Assembly (NCBI GenBank): GCA_937936805.1
Contig: CALDDP010000180.1
Location: 1 to 59,906, forward strand
Source: an uncultured Gammaproteobacteria bacterium
GTDB lineage: Bacteria > Pseudomonadota > Gammaproteobacteria > GCA-001735895
Direction of reading: 5' to 3'
DNA length: 59,906 nt
Shown here in pieces: positions 18,558 to 28,192 of this stretch (its first letter is position 1; each line of letters starts with the position of its first letter). The position numbers and the translations under genes are program-made. Under the pieces are notes generated by a model. It saw only the letters and a program-made list of their open reading frames with translations, did not search any database and was not told the DNA's origin.

Positions 18558-19133
18558 ATGTCAGAAACCCCATCGACAATGCTGGAGATTGGCAGCCAGG
18601 CGCAAGATTTTTCTTTACCTGAACCGGCCAGCGGTAAACAGCTGAGTCTCGACGACTTTAAAGGCAAGCCCCTGCTGGTTGTCTTTTCCTGTAATCACTG
18701 CCCTTACGTACTGCATATCCTCGGCTCCTTTACGGAATTTGCCAACCAGGCACTAACGCGAGGACTCGCGGTGGTCATGATCAGTTCCAACGACGTCGCT
18801 GGATACCCGGCTGACAGTCCGGAAAAGATGATTGAGCTGGCGCAACGCCAGGGCTTCGAATTTCCCTATCTTTATGACGAATCACAACAGGTTGCGAGTG
18901 CATACCGGGCTGCCTGCACCCCGGATTTCTTTTTATTCGACAGCTCGCATCGGTTGGTCTATCGAGGGCAATACGATGGCTCGAGACCAGGCAACAATGT
19001 TGCGGTGAGCGGTAGTGATTTGCGCAGTGCCGTCGACGCATTATTAAGTGGCGGCGAAATTCCTGCTGACCAGATTCCCAGCGTGGGTTGTAATATCAAG
19101 TGGCGCGCGGGTAACGAACCTGATTATTTCTGA
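18558..19133 (+). CDS. thioredoxin-fold (AhpC/TSA-like) family protein
   Basis: CNHCPY (CxxC) motif, plus SNDVAGYPADSPEKM...FPYLYDESQQVA...CTPDFFLFD...GCNIKW, typical of the conserved thioredoxin-family protein of about 190 aa. Confidence 0.8.
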   Translation: MSETPSTMLEIGSQAQDFSLPEPASGKQLSLDDFKGKPLLVVFSCNHCPYVLHILGSFTEFANQALTRGLAVVMISSNDVAGYPADSPEKMIELAQRQGFEFPYLYDESQQVASAYRAACTPDFFLFDSSHRLVYRGQYDGSRPGNNVAVSGSDLRSAVDALLSGGEIPADQIPSVGCNIKWRAGNEPDYF

Positions 19134-19741
19134 GCCTTTCGTGGCTCCGCGGGATCGTTGTTGGCTTTCATCGCATCTATCCTTTCAACTACTTCGTGCA
19201 TGCTGAGCTGGTGATCCTTGCCGCCACCGAACATATCAGCAAACTCGGAAATCGTATCGCTCAGCCTGTCTTTCGCGACCGATAATTCGCTGCGCAAGGT
19301 TTCATTCTCGACACGCAGGGAAGCGACTTCCTGAGCCGCTTCAAGTTCTTCCTGCGGGGTAGGGTCGCTTCGTGGCCGCAGGCACTTGTAAGCTTCGATT
19401 AGCCTGTCCATGGCAGTGTCAACACTGTCGAGTTGCGCGCGGCCACCCCGGTAAAGGCTGGCTAGCAGATGCTCGAAGAATTCGGCTTCATGGCGATTGA
19501 TATCGGCCAGGGCCACCCCGAGATCTTCTCCTTCGAGATGACATATCGTCTGCAGAAAGGTTCTGCTTTGTTCGCTTCGGCGCAGCGACCGGCCCTCGAG
19601 CCGAGCTTTCAACTCCGCTATTCTTCTGTTTTTGCGTCGCTTACCGATTAAGGTCATCAAGGTCCAGACCAGGAGCAGAATCAGCAGCAGCACAAAACCC
19701 TCGGCCAGCAAAATAAAGTAGATTGCATTGACTTCAAGCAC
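19124..19741 (-). CDS. hypothetical single-pass membrane protein with a cytoplasmic coiled coil
   Basis: N-terminal TM helix (IYFILLAEGFVLLLILLLVWTLMTLI) followed by a charged helical region. The GTG start overlaps the VWA gene stop by 8 nt. No recognisable family. Confidence 0.55.
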   Translation of the reverse strand: MLEVNAIYFILLAEGFVLLLILLLVWTLMTLIGKRRKNRRIAELKARLEGRSLRRSEQSRTFLQTICHLEGEDLGVALADINRHEAEFFEHLLASLYRGGRAQLDSVDTAMDRLIEAYKCLRPRSDPTPQEELEAAQEVASLRVENETLRSELSVAKDRLSDTISEFADMFGGGKDHQLSMHEVVERIDAMKANNDPAEPRKAQK

Positions 19742-21476
19742 TGAATTCCTCGTCTTCTAGATCCAGCTCCCCGGCTTCGCGCTTGCGTTTGAGAAACCAC
19801 CACCCCGAAACCAGTATTAACATTAGCGTCAGGTTGACCGCTACGATAACCACCCCTACCAGCTTCCAGTCGGTTTTCCCGGCCTTCGATTCCTGTTCTG
19901 TAACTTCCTTATCAGGGGTCATAGTCGACTCCGGCTCAACTTCGGCAGTCGCACGATAAACACCCAGCATCGAGAACCTGCCGAGATCCACATCGACAAT
20001 TTCGCTTGCATGAGATTGCGCCGAGATTTTTATATGTGCGTGGTAAAGTCCATCCTGGCTGGTTTCGACCAGGGTTCGCAACCATCCTGCCGATTCTTCG
20101 AGCGCAAGACTGTCGCGGGATCCGTCGGGCGCTTCAATATCCACGTCGGCCACCAGTCCATCAGGCATGAGGTATTCTTCGCGCGCACGCAATTTCAGCT
20201 CGTAAACACCGGCGGCCTGTTGCGGTTCGATTTTCACCTCCACCGGCCACTGCACCTGCATGTCGAAACGCTTGCTGCGGTTGAAGGTTGTGGTATCCGC
20301 CGAAACCACGAAACTATGCATACCCTCGGCCAGGGTCTGCTCCATCTGGAAAAGATACTGCCCCTTGTCCTTGCGCTCGCTCGTATGTGCCAGCTCGTAC
20401 CGGGATTCATCGCCGTCGACATCAATGTGCGCAAGATCAAAATCGACAAAACGCAGGAAGCTGTTCTTGCGAATTTTCTTGCCCTGATTATATAGTTCGG
20501 CGGCTATCCTGAAGGCTTCACGCGGCGTGCTATAGGCGGGTATACCACTAACCTGAAGTTTCAAATCAGTAACCACCATGAGGCGATTGTCGGGGTCGAG
20601 CACGGCATCGATTCGCCAGGTACCCGAGGCGGGTTTGTTAACCGTAATCAAATCATAACCCTGACCGCTGCGCCAGCGGGCTCCACGTGTTTTTTGCAGA
20701 CTGATGGCGGGGCTATCGGGAGGAATCAGGATGGTTGGCTGACTGCCCGGACTGCGGAAAATTAACAAGGTCATTTCCTTGATACTGGCGTCTATCGAAA
20801 ATTCCTTGCCCTTCAAGGCAACCGTTTCGGGATCACTGGCACGCTCAAACATTTTGAAAAACACTTTTTGCAGCTGGTCGGCATTTTGCGCGACCGCAAA
20901 TGAACCTCCTGTTTCAAGCGCAAGCTGTTTTAGCAAAACCTCGTCGGTGCCGTCCGATAACGCGATGGTATGAATTTGTGCGCCCGAGGATTTGTATTGA
21001 GCCAGGCCCTTGCTTAACAATCGGTCACGGGATTTGGCGTTTTTCGCCGGATCGCTGGAAATATCCACCTTGCCATCGGTCAGGAGTAACAGAATTCGCC
21101 TGGCCTTTGCGTCCGGCTTGTCCCAACCGACGCTGGCGCGCGCCAACGCACTTTCAATATTAGTTAACAGTGCATTAGAGTGGATCTTGTCAGCGCCCAG
21201 ATCCGCCCGCTTGCGCCAGGCGTCATCTACCCTGCCCCATTTCACCGCCATGTCGACGTAACGCCCGAAGGTCCAGACACCTGCACGCGATCCGGTTGGT
21301 ATCAGGCCATTGATCAATTTTAACGCGGGCACGCGCAAATTCTGCGGATCGGTTTGTTTCATGCTGCCGGATACGTCGATTACAATACGAAAATCATAAC
21401 GGGGTTCAGCCGCGAGTGCATGGCCACAGGCCAGGACCACTATTGAAAGCAGATATAGACAGATACGCTTGCGCAT
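19734..21476 (-). CDS. periplasmic von Willebrand factor A (VWA) domain protein with a C-terminal membrane anchor
   Basis: Signal peptide and the MIDAS motif DVSGSM...TDG. A beta-rich middle region of about 300 aa, then a C-terminal TM helix (LVGVVIVAVNLTLMLILVSGWWF) and an acidic tail. ATG at 21476 is preferred over the tracked TTG at 21488. Confidence 0.8.
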   Translation of the reverse strand: MRKRICLYLLSIVVLACGHALAAEPRYDFRIVIDVSGSMKQTDPQNLRVPALKLINGLIPTGSRAGVWTFGRYVDMAVKWGRVDDAWRKRADLGADKIHSNALLTNIESALARASVGWDKPDAKARRILLLLTDGKVDISSDPAKNAKSRDRLLSKGLAQYKSSGAQIHTIALSDGTDEVLLKQLALETGGSFAVAQNADQLQKVFFKMFERASDPETVALKGKEFSIDASIKEMTLLIFRSPGSQPTILIPPDSPAISLQKTRGARWRSGQGYDLITVNKPASGTWRIDAVLDPDNRLMVVTDLKLQVSGIPAYSTPREAFRIAAELYNQGKKIRKNSFLRFVDFDLAHIDVDGDESRYELAHTSERKDKGQYLFQMEQTLAEGMHSFVVSADTTTFNRSKRFDMQVQWPVEVKIEPQQAAGVYELKLRAREEYLMPDGLVADVDIEAPDGSRDSLALEESAGWLRTLVETSQDGLYHAHIKISAQSHASEIVDVDLGRFSMLGVYRATAEVEPESTMTPDKEVTEQESKAGKTDWKLVGVVIVAVNLTLMLILVSGWWFLKRKREAGELDLEDEEFSA

Positions 21477-21602
21477 TGGTATAAGCAACAGTTATTACAT
21501 TCGTTTTATCGGCCGCGGACTGAACTTCTAAACAATTTTTTGAGCCTCAACTATATGATTCCTGTCATCCTAGTAATTACAGCCAGTAAAGGTAGCTGAC
21601 AG

Positions 21603-23876
21603 ATGCCCGCCAATCCGGATAATCCGCAAATCAACACCAGAGTCTATGATTTCTGTGTGAGGGCTTTCCGCACCACCAAGAAGCTGCTCAAGCTCAACAT
21701 CAAGCTGCACCAGGAAGGTAGCGGAGAAGACGATCCGGTACACCAGGGCGATATCTTTCTGTTCAATCATTTCGCGCGTTTCGAGACCTTCATCCCGCAA
21801 GTCTTGATAAATGAAGCAACCGGCGCCTACTGTCGCTCGGTAGCCTCGGCTGAATTCTTTGCAGGCGATGAGCGCTTTAGCCAGTTCCTCTATTCCATCG
21901 GGGTAGTGCCTAACGATCTGCCCAACCTTTTTCCGTTCCTGGTGCGTGAGATTCTGCATGGCCGCAAGCTGGTGGTTTTTCCAGAAGGTGGCATGGTCAA
22001 GGACAAGCGCGTAGTCGATCAAAAAGGACGGTTCAGTGTTTACTCTCGTACCGCCAACGAAAGACGCAAACACCACCGCGGAGCGGCAGTCATCGCACTG
22101 GCACTGGATGCCTTTAAAACGGCATTACTGCACGATTACGCAGCCGGCCAATACCAGCGTGTCGAACGTTGGGCCGAACAGCTGGGCTTCGATGACGTCG
22201 AACAACTGATGATAAAAGCGGTCAAACCTACCGTCATCGTACCCAGCCACATTACTTTCTACCCGATCCGGGTCAGTGACAATATTCTGCACCAGGTCGC
22301 GCGACTCTTTAACAAGGGTATCAACAAACGTTTTACTGAAGAATTGATCATCGAGGGTAACCTGCTGTTCAAGCATACCGACATGGATATCCGCTTTTCA
22401 CGACCAATCATCGCCGGCGACTACTGGAAATGGTGGGAAAAAAGAATGCTGCCCAATGTCGTGCATCGCTTTGAATCGCTGAATGAGTTATTCGCGCTCA
22501 AGCCCAGTTCCGGCCACTGGCGCGGGCGCATTCATGCAATCGCGATGAGGGTAAAATCCGGCAAGGTGCGCGATGACTACATGAGCTCGATGTACGAGGC
22601 AGTCACCATCAATCTGAGCCATATCGCCTCGATGATAATACTCAAGCTATATCAGCAGGGACTGCGACAAATCAACTGTGGTCGCTTCCATAAAATGCTT
22701 TACCTGAGTATCAAACAATTACAGGAAACGGAGTCAGAGCTGCATCGTAGTCTGCTCAACCCGGAGGAGTACGGCGCGATTGTCAGCACGGGCAGCAGCC
22801 GACTGGAGCAATTTCTCAGGACCGCGAGTAACATGAAACTCGTGCATGTCGAACAAGGTGAGTACGTGCTCGACCAGAAACTGGTCGAGGATTTCGCGGT
22901 CGACGAAATTCGCACCGAAAATCTGATCAGCGTATACGCAAATGAAGTCAGTCCCTTGTCCCATGTCACCCGGAGTATCGACAAGGCAATGAAGCGCGCT
23001 GAAAAGATCGATAGCCGCGCCTTTGCCGACTATCGGTTCAACGATCAGATTCTCGCCTACGAATGGGACCGCCAGCAGTTTCAACGCGATCGGTATGACG
23101 AGATTAATTCGCAGCAAACGCAAACCGCCGATGCAAACTGGTTTTTCCTGAAATCAACCCGCGCAACCGCGTCGGCGGTTTTGCTGGTTCATGGATTCCT
23201 GTCCGGCCCCGCGGAGATGAAAAGTCTCGGTGAACGACTGCATGCGGCCGGTCATCACGTGCTTGCGGTTCGCCTCAAGGGCCACGGCACCTCGCCCTGG
23301 GATCTACGCAATCGCAACTGGCATGATTGGGCCGGGTCGGTGGCGAGAGGCTATGACATTCTCAGGGCGTACAGCAAGTCGATACATATCGTCGGCTTTT
23401 CTACTGGCGGTTTACTCGCGTTAAACCACGCGGCCAGTAATCCCGGCAGGAAAATCAGGTCGGTAACCAGTGTTAACGCGCCGGTGCATTTCAAAAACAG
23501 GAATATGATTTTCGTACCCCTGGTACACCACGCTAACAGGTTAGTCAGTTGGGTAAGTTCTGAAGGGCTCATGCCCTTCACCCCCAACGAACCTGAAAAC
23601 CCGGATATCAATTATCAGCACGTGCCTGTCAGGGCACTTTACCAACTACAGCAACTTATCGACCACTTTGCCGCAGATAAAGTTAAGATCGATGCAGATG
23701 TCCACATATACCAGGGAGATCGCGATCCCGTCGTGGATCCTGCCAGCGCCCAAACTCTGGATAAATTGATCATCGCCGAGAACAGGACACTGACCATCCT
23801 CGACAGCGACATCCATGGCGTCATATATCGCAATATCGATCAGGTTCAGCAGAAAATTTGCGCCAGTATTCTATAA
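21603..23876 (+). CDS. fusion protein: PlsC-like acyltransferase (N-terminal) + alpha/beta-hydrolase esterase/lipase (C-terminal)
   Basis: N-terminus carries FNHFARFE (an HX4E variant of the HX4D motif) and VFPEGG. C-terminus carries HGFLSGP...RLKGHGTSP, the nucleophile elbow GFSTGG, GDRDPVVD, and His in DIHGV. A linker of about 280 aa has no recognisable domain. Confidence 0.75.
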   Translation: MPANPDNPQINTRVYDFCVRAFRTTKKLLKLNIKLHQEGSGEDDPVHQGDIFLFNHFARFETFIPQVLINEATGAYCRSVASAEFFAGDERFSQFLYSIGVVPNDLPNLFPFLVREILHGRKLVVFPEGGMVKDKRVVDQKGRFSVYSRTANERRKHHRGAAVIALALDAFKTALLHDYAAGQYQRVERWAEQLGFDDVEQLMIKAVKPTVIVPSHITFYPIRVSDNILHQVARLFNKGINKRFTEELIIEGNLLFKHTDMDIRFSRPIIAGDYWKWWEKRMLPNVVHRFESLNELFALKPSSGHWRGRIHAIAMRVKSGKVRDDYMSSMYEAVTINLSHIASMIILKLYQQGLRQINCGRFHKMLYLSIKQLQETESELHRSLLNPEEYGAIVSTGSSRLEQFLRTASNMKLVHVEQGEYVLDQKLVEDFAVDEIRTENLISVYANEVSPLSHVTRSIDKAMKRAEKIDSRAFADYRFNDQILAYEWDRQQFQRDRYDEINSQQTQTADANWFFLKSTRATASAVLLVHGFLSGPAEMKSLGERLHAAGHHVLAVRLKGHGTSPWDLRNRNWHDWAGSVARGYDILRAYSKSIHIVGFSTGGLLALNHAASNPGRKIRSVTSVNAPVHFKNRNMIFVPLVHHANRLVSWVSSEGLMPFTPNEPENPDINYQHVPVRALYQLQQLIDHFAADKVKIDADVHIYQGDRDPVVDPASAQTLDKLIIAENRTLTILDSDIHGVIYRNIDQVQQKICASIL

Positions 23877-23942
23877 TTAGTTTAATGTCTGTCTGAAAAT
23901 TTAAGGACCAGGGACGCCAGACTCCAGGGAAATGACTCGGTA

Positions 23943-25196
23943 ATGCACCATCCAACTCGTTTTCTCATCTACGGATTTACTATCGTCATCCTGATGATGA
24001 TAGCCCTCGCATTCATCGCGTTTCACTCGACCAGTGGCAGTAATCGCGAGGTCAACCTCCAGGTCGCCCATCAACTCGAAAAGATAAACCTGATTAATGA
24101 GCTGTCGAGCATTATTCACGATCGCACTCGTTTTATGCAATCCATGCTGCTGCACGATGAAAATTTTAACGAGGACGACTCCTGGACAAATTTCAACCGC
24201 TTACGCGGCGCCTACATTGAAACTCATGACCGGCTGGTGCCTATGCTGGCGCCACGCGAACGTGAAATCATGGGCGCGATCGATCGACTCGACCGCGATA
24301 TCAGCGATTTAAATCGACAGGTGTCGGTGCTGTTCCTCAATGGCAGTCGTGACGAAGCCAGCAAGGTACTGCTGCAGGAAGTGTTACCTAAAACAGCACC
24401 GTTACTGTCTCACCTGGCTGAACTCACCCAGGCACAGCGTATGGATGTGCAAAAAGCGTTGCTCGTGGCCAGCAGTGATGCCGAGAAAAGCCGCACCCAG
24501 ATTGCCATTTTTTCGATCATTGCGGTTATCGTCAGCGTAACTGTAACCTTCATTGCGATCTGGTACGGACGCAAGTTATCGGGCCAGTTGCAGGAAATGA
24601 ATAACTACCTGGAACAGAAGATTCATGAACGCACCGAGTCGTTACTCGACACCCAGAAGGAACTGCTCGAAGACAATAATGAACTGGCGAGAATGGCATT
24701 GACGGACAGCTTAACCGGCCTGTCGAACCGCACCCATATGAATCAGATTCTGCGCCAGGAATACGCTCGATTCGAGCGCCACGATCAGCGCTTCGGCATC
24801 ATCATGCTGGATATCGATCATTTCAAAAATGTTAATGACAGCTTTGGTCACGATGCCGGTGACAAGGTGCTGAAAAAACTCGCGCAGATTATCGCCAGCG
24901 CAATTCGCACCAGTGATTTCGTGGCGCGCTGGGGTGGTGAAGAATTCCTCATATGCTGCACTACGATAGAGGAAACCGACTTGCTGCCGATAGCAGAAAC
25001 CATACGAAAACTTGTTGCAAGTTCCGATTTTGAAAAGGTTAAACAGATAACAACGAGTCTTGGATGTGCCGCCATCGTCAAGGGGGAAAGTATCAGCGAC
25101 CTGATCAAAAGATCTGATATCGCCCTCTACGAGGCCAAAAACAATGGCCGTAACCAGTCGATAGTCTCCGAATTCACCGATATTTCCCTGCCCTAG
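23943..25196 (+). CDS. membrane-bound diguanylate cyclase (periplasmic helical sensor - TM - GGDEF)
   Basis: Two TM helices flank a helical periplasmic domain of about 170 aa. GGDEF domain with RWGGEEF and an RxxD I-site (RTSD) 5 aa upstream. Confidence 0.85.
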   Translation: MHHPTRFLIYGFTIVILMMIALAFIAFHSTSGSNREVNLQVAHQLEKINLINELSSIIHDRTRFMQSMLLHDENFNEDDSWTNFNRLRGAYIETHDRLVPMLAPREREIMGAIDRLDRDISDLNRQVSVLFLNGSRDEASKVLLQEVLPKTAPLLSHLAELTQAQRMDVQKALLVASSDAEKSRTQIAIFSIIAVIVSVTVTFIAIWYGRKLSGQLQEMNNYLEQKIHERTESLLDTQKELLEDNNELARMALTDSLTGLSNRTHMNQILRQEYARFERHDQRFGIIMLDIDHFKNVNDSFGHDAGDKVLKKLAQIIASAIRTSDFVARWGGEEFLICCTTIEETDLLPIAETIRKLVASSDFEKVKQITTSLGCAAIVKGESISDLIKRSDIALYEAKNNGRNQSIVSEFTDISLP

Positions 25197-25259
25197 CCGT
25201 AGCCACCCGGCAGCTTCAAAAACCGGCAGCAGAACCCGGTCGACCGTTCCTCCCGCTAA

Positions 25260-25817
25260 CTAGTCAATGGAATGCAGTTTTACGCTGCGATCGGGGCCAC
25301 GACTAAACCAGGCGTGATGCACCCTGTCGGTGCCGTGCTCATAAAACAGCTCCAGGCTGTGGGTCACTACCGGGAAAGCGAGTTCGTCCCAGGGTATCTG
25401 CTCCCTGGTAAACATGCCGACATCGAGGCTCTCCGGGCCCGCCCAAACTTTCTCGCTGGCAAGTTTGCCATGAAACATCAGGTACACCTGTGATATGTAA
25501 GGCATGCTGAAAATCCCGAACAGGCTCAGCGGGCCGGCCTGCGCATTGGCCTCTTCCATCGCTTCGCGCGCTGCAGCCTCGGCCACGGTTTCGTTGTTTT
25601 CCATGAATCCCGCCGGTAAAGTCCAGAGTCCGTAGCGTGGTTCGATGGCACGCTTGCACAGCAGAATCCTGTCACCGAGCGTCAGCAGGGCGCCACAGAC
25701 GTTATTCGGGTTTTGATAGTGCACGTAACCACAGTGATCGCAAACAAAGCGCTCGCGGTTGTCATCTACCGGAATCTTGAGAGTGACGGGTTGTCCGCAC
25801 TGGCTACAGTAGTTCAT
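25260..25817 (-). CDS. NUDIX hydrolase with an N-terminal zinc ribbon
   Basis: CSQCG...CDHCG zinc ribbon. Nudix box GFMENNETVAEAAAREAMEEANA. Overlaps the upstream gene by ATGA. Confidence 0.85.
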   Translation of the reverse strand: MNYCSQCGQPVTLKIPVDDNRERFVCDHCGYVHYQNPNNVCGALLTLGDRILLCKRAIEPRYGLWTLPAGFMENNETVAEAAAREAMEEANAQAGPLSLFGIFSMPYISQVYLMFHGKLASEKVWAGPESLDVGMFTREQIPWDELAFPVVTHSLELFYEHGTDRVHHAWFSRGPDRSVKLHSID

Positions 25818-26557
25818 TGTTCGACCAATCCGGCTGCAACGAGTAACAATGCTTTAACCCGGCGCATTCCCTGCTCTACATTAGCCAGGATTTCCTGCAT
25901 GCTGATGATCTTGTCTTCAACACCTGCAGCCCAGTTCACCACCAGTGCCAGGCATGCATAATCTATTTCAAGTTCGCGCGCCAGCACGGTCTCGGGCATC
26001 CCGGTCATGCCCACCAGGTTACAGCCATCCTGTCGCATACGGGTTATCTCTGCTGCGGTTTCGAGGCGAGGCCCGTTGGTGCTGCCATAGGTCGCCGAAG
26101 CAAGCAGGGGCTGTCCCAGCTGCAGGCCGGCCTCAAGTAAAATACCGCGCAATGTTGCGCTATAGGGCCAGCTGAAATCCACATGTGAAACCTGGTCATC
26201 GCCACCATCGAAGAAAGTATGCTCTCGTCCTGAACTGTAATCGATAATCTGGTCCGGCACAGCCAGCGTTAATGGCGGACTATCAGCAGTGATTCCCCCC
26301 ACCGCATTTACCGCGATAATCCGTGCCACACCGAGCTGCTTCAACGCCCAGATATTGGCCCGGTAATTCACCTGGTGTGGCGGTACTCGATGGCCGGGGC
26401 CATGGCGGGGAAGAAACGCCAGCGGAATACCATTCCAGCGACCCAGTAAAATATCGGCTGAGGTATCGCCCCAGGGCGTAGCACGCAGGGCTTGCTCCTC
26501 GAGCTCGAAATCGTCACCCAGCGAGTAGAGACCACTTCCACCGATAATAGCGAGCAC
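25814..26557 (-). CDS. S-methyl-5'-thioadenosine / S-methyl-5'-thioinosine phosphorylase family (PNP/MTAP)
   Basis: 247 aa. MLAIIGGSGLY..., LPRHGPGHRVPPHQVNYRANIWAL, GMTGMPE. Cannot be assigned to MTAP or MTIP by eye. Confidence 0.8.
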   Translation of the reverse strand: MLAIIGGSGLYSLGDDFELEEQALRATPWGDTSADILLGRWNGIPLAFLPRHGPGHRVPPHQVNYRANIWALKQLGVARIIAVNAVGGITADSPPLTLAVPDQIIDYSSGREHTFFDGGDDQVSHVDFSWPYSATLRGILLEAGLQLGQPLLASATYGSTNGPRLETAAEITRMRQDGCNLVGMTGMPETVLARELEIDYACLALVVNWAAGVEDKIISMQEILANVEQGMRRVKALLLVAAGLVEQ

Positions 26558-27111
26558 TAGACGACCTTTTCAGGCAGGGCATAAATACTGGACAAGTTGC
26601 GGAAGTGCCCGTTCAAATCCATGCCGACACCGTAGACATAGCAATCTTCACATTCGATCCCGACGAAATCCGGATTGATATCCGCTTTTTTGCGTTGATG
26701 AGTTTTGCGAATCAGGAAAACACTGGTGCATTTTCTCGCCCCGTGTTTCAGACAGTAGGATTTGACTTCTTCCAGCGTGTAACCCTGATCAAAAATATCA
26801 TCCACTATTATCACGTTACGGTCTTTTATTTCGTTTTGCGGGTACGCCTTCCACAACACGTCCTTACCCAGGGTTGCCAGTCGATAGCGGGTCGCATGCA
26901 CGTAATCCAGGGTCAGCGGAAAGTTCCAGTGACGCAGCAGCTGCCCCGTCAGGTAGAGCCCTCCGTTCATGACGCATAGTACCAGTGGAAAATCAGCCGC
27001 GCAGTCGTGTTCGACTTTCTGCGCCAGTTCGGCAATCGATTTTTCAACCGTCTTATCGTCGAACAATAGTTCGGCGCTTTGATGCACTTGCCGGGCTCTG
27101 TCTGCGTCCAT
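26557..27111 (-). CDS. hpt: hypoxanthine(-guanine) phosphoribosyltransferase
   Basis: 184 aa. PRPP-binding loop VIIVDDIFDQGYTL and the typical Hpt length. Confidence 0.8.
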   Translation of the reverse strand: MDADRARQVHQSAELLFDDKTVEKSIAELAQKVEHDCAADFPLVLCVMNGGLYLTGQLLRHWNFPLTLDYVHATRYRLATLGKDVLWKAYPQNEIKDRNVIIVDDIFDQGYTLEEVKSYCLKHGARKCTSVFLIRKTHQRKKADINPDFVGIECEDCYVYGVGMDLNGHFRNLSSIYALPEKVV

Positions 27112-27112
27112 G

Positions 27113-28192
27113 TTACGAATTATCTATCGCGATTGCTTCGGCAAAATGAATTGTCGACGTTGGGAATGCTATCTCGGCGTTGTTTGCCTTGACAATCTCG
27201 GCGATGCGCAGCATCACGTTCTGTTTGACCTCGTGAAATTTTACCCACTGGGTTGTTTTCGTAAAACAATAGACGAAGAAATCTACCGAGGAATCGGAAA
27301 ATTCATTGAAATTAACAATCATCGTCTTTTCGGCTTCGATCTCCGGGTGATTTTCAAGCATCGCCACGACATCGGCAACGATTTGATCCATGCTGGTCAG
27401 ATCGGAGTATCGCAGACCAATGGTTTCATAGATACGTCGATTCGACATGCGCGACGGATTTTCGACGATGACGTTGGTAAACACCGAGTTAGGCACATAC
27501 ATGGGTTGCGACTGGAAATTACGGATCATCGTCATGCGCCAACCGATATGTTCCACGGTTCCCTCGATTTTGCGATCCGGCGAGCGAATCCAGTCGCCGA
27601 CCGCGAAAGGCCGGTCCAGATAAATAATCAATCCCCCAAAAAAATTGGCCAGCAGATCCTTGGCGGCAAAGCCCACCGCGATACCACCGACACCTCCCAT
27701 CGCCAGCACCCCGGAAATGCTATAGCCGAGGGTCTGCAGTATGACCAGCCCCGCGGTAATGATAACGGCGAGACGCAGTAACTTGCCGATCGCTTGCGCA
27801 GTGGTCTTGTCTATCTGATCGGATCGCCGGGTAAACTCCTCTTCCGCGCCACGGATAATACCGAGTACGAACCAGGTCAGGCAAAGCAGTATGCCCACGT
27901 CGCGCACCGAATTCGAATAGGTGAATATGGCGCTTTGCGTCCTGGCATAAATAACATCGGCCGCAATATCGAGGCCCTCCAGCCAGATTACCCAGGTAAT
28001 CGGGCGCTCCATGGCGTTCAGTACGATATCGTCCCAGCGAGTGCGCGTATCACTCACCCTGGCCGCCACCTTCCTTAGCAGACGCCTGGCGACGAAACCG
28101 ACCAGCAAGGTTGCCAGGACGATAACGAAAACCTCTACCATCCACGCCAGTTCGGGGTTAGCCCCCGGCAGCCATTTTTGCAAATCAAACAT
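27113..28192 (-). CDS. MscS-family mechanosensitive ion channel
   Basis: Multiple N-terminal TM helices and the conserved LDRPFAVGDWI beta-domain motif. Its ATG overlaps the nagZ stop by 1 nt. Confidence 0.85.
   Translation of the reverse strand: MFDLQKWLPGANPELAWMVEVFVIVLATLLVGFVARRLLRKVAARVSDTRTRWDDIVLNAMERPITWVIWLEGLDIAADVIYARTQSAIFTYSNSVRDVGILLCLTWFVLGIIRGAEEEFTRRSDQIDKTTAQAIGKLLRLAVIITAGLVILQTLGYSISGVLAMGGVGGIAVGFAAKDLLANFFGGLIIYLDRPFAVGDWIRSPDRKIEGTVEHIGWRMTMIRNFQSQPMYVPNSVFTNVIVENPSRMSNRRIYETIGLRYSDLTSMDQIVADVVAMLENHPEIEAEKTMIVNFNEFSDSSVDFFVYCFTKTTQWVKFHEVKQNVMLRIAEIVKANNAEIAFPTSTIHFAEAIAIDNS

Noticed and set aside
21570-22076. A 168-aa minus-strand ORF covering the 5' end of the acyltransferase-esterase gene.
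   Set aside because: It overlaps a plus-strand CDS that carries recognisable acyltransferase motifs in this very segment (NHFARFE, FPEGG). The ORF itself has no motifs and would run into the divergent VWA promoter region.
27110-27781. A 223-aa plus-strand ORF overlapping the MscS gene.
   Set aside because: It has the same phase-locked antisense geometry as above, and the MscS reading on the minus strand has TM helices and the PFAVGDWI motif. The same reasoning applies to 33453-34286 (antisense to flgF), 14244-14984, 44770-45462, 8638-9342 and 56503-57261.
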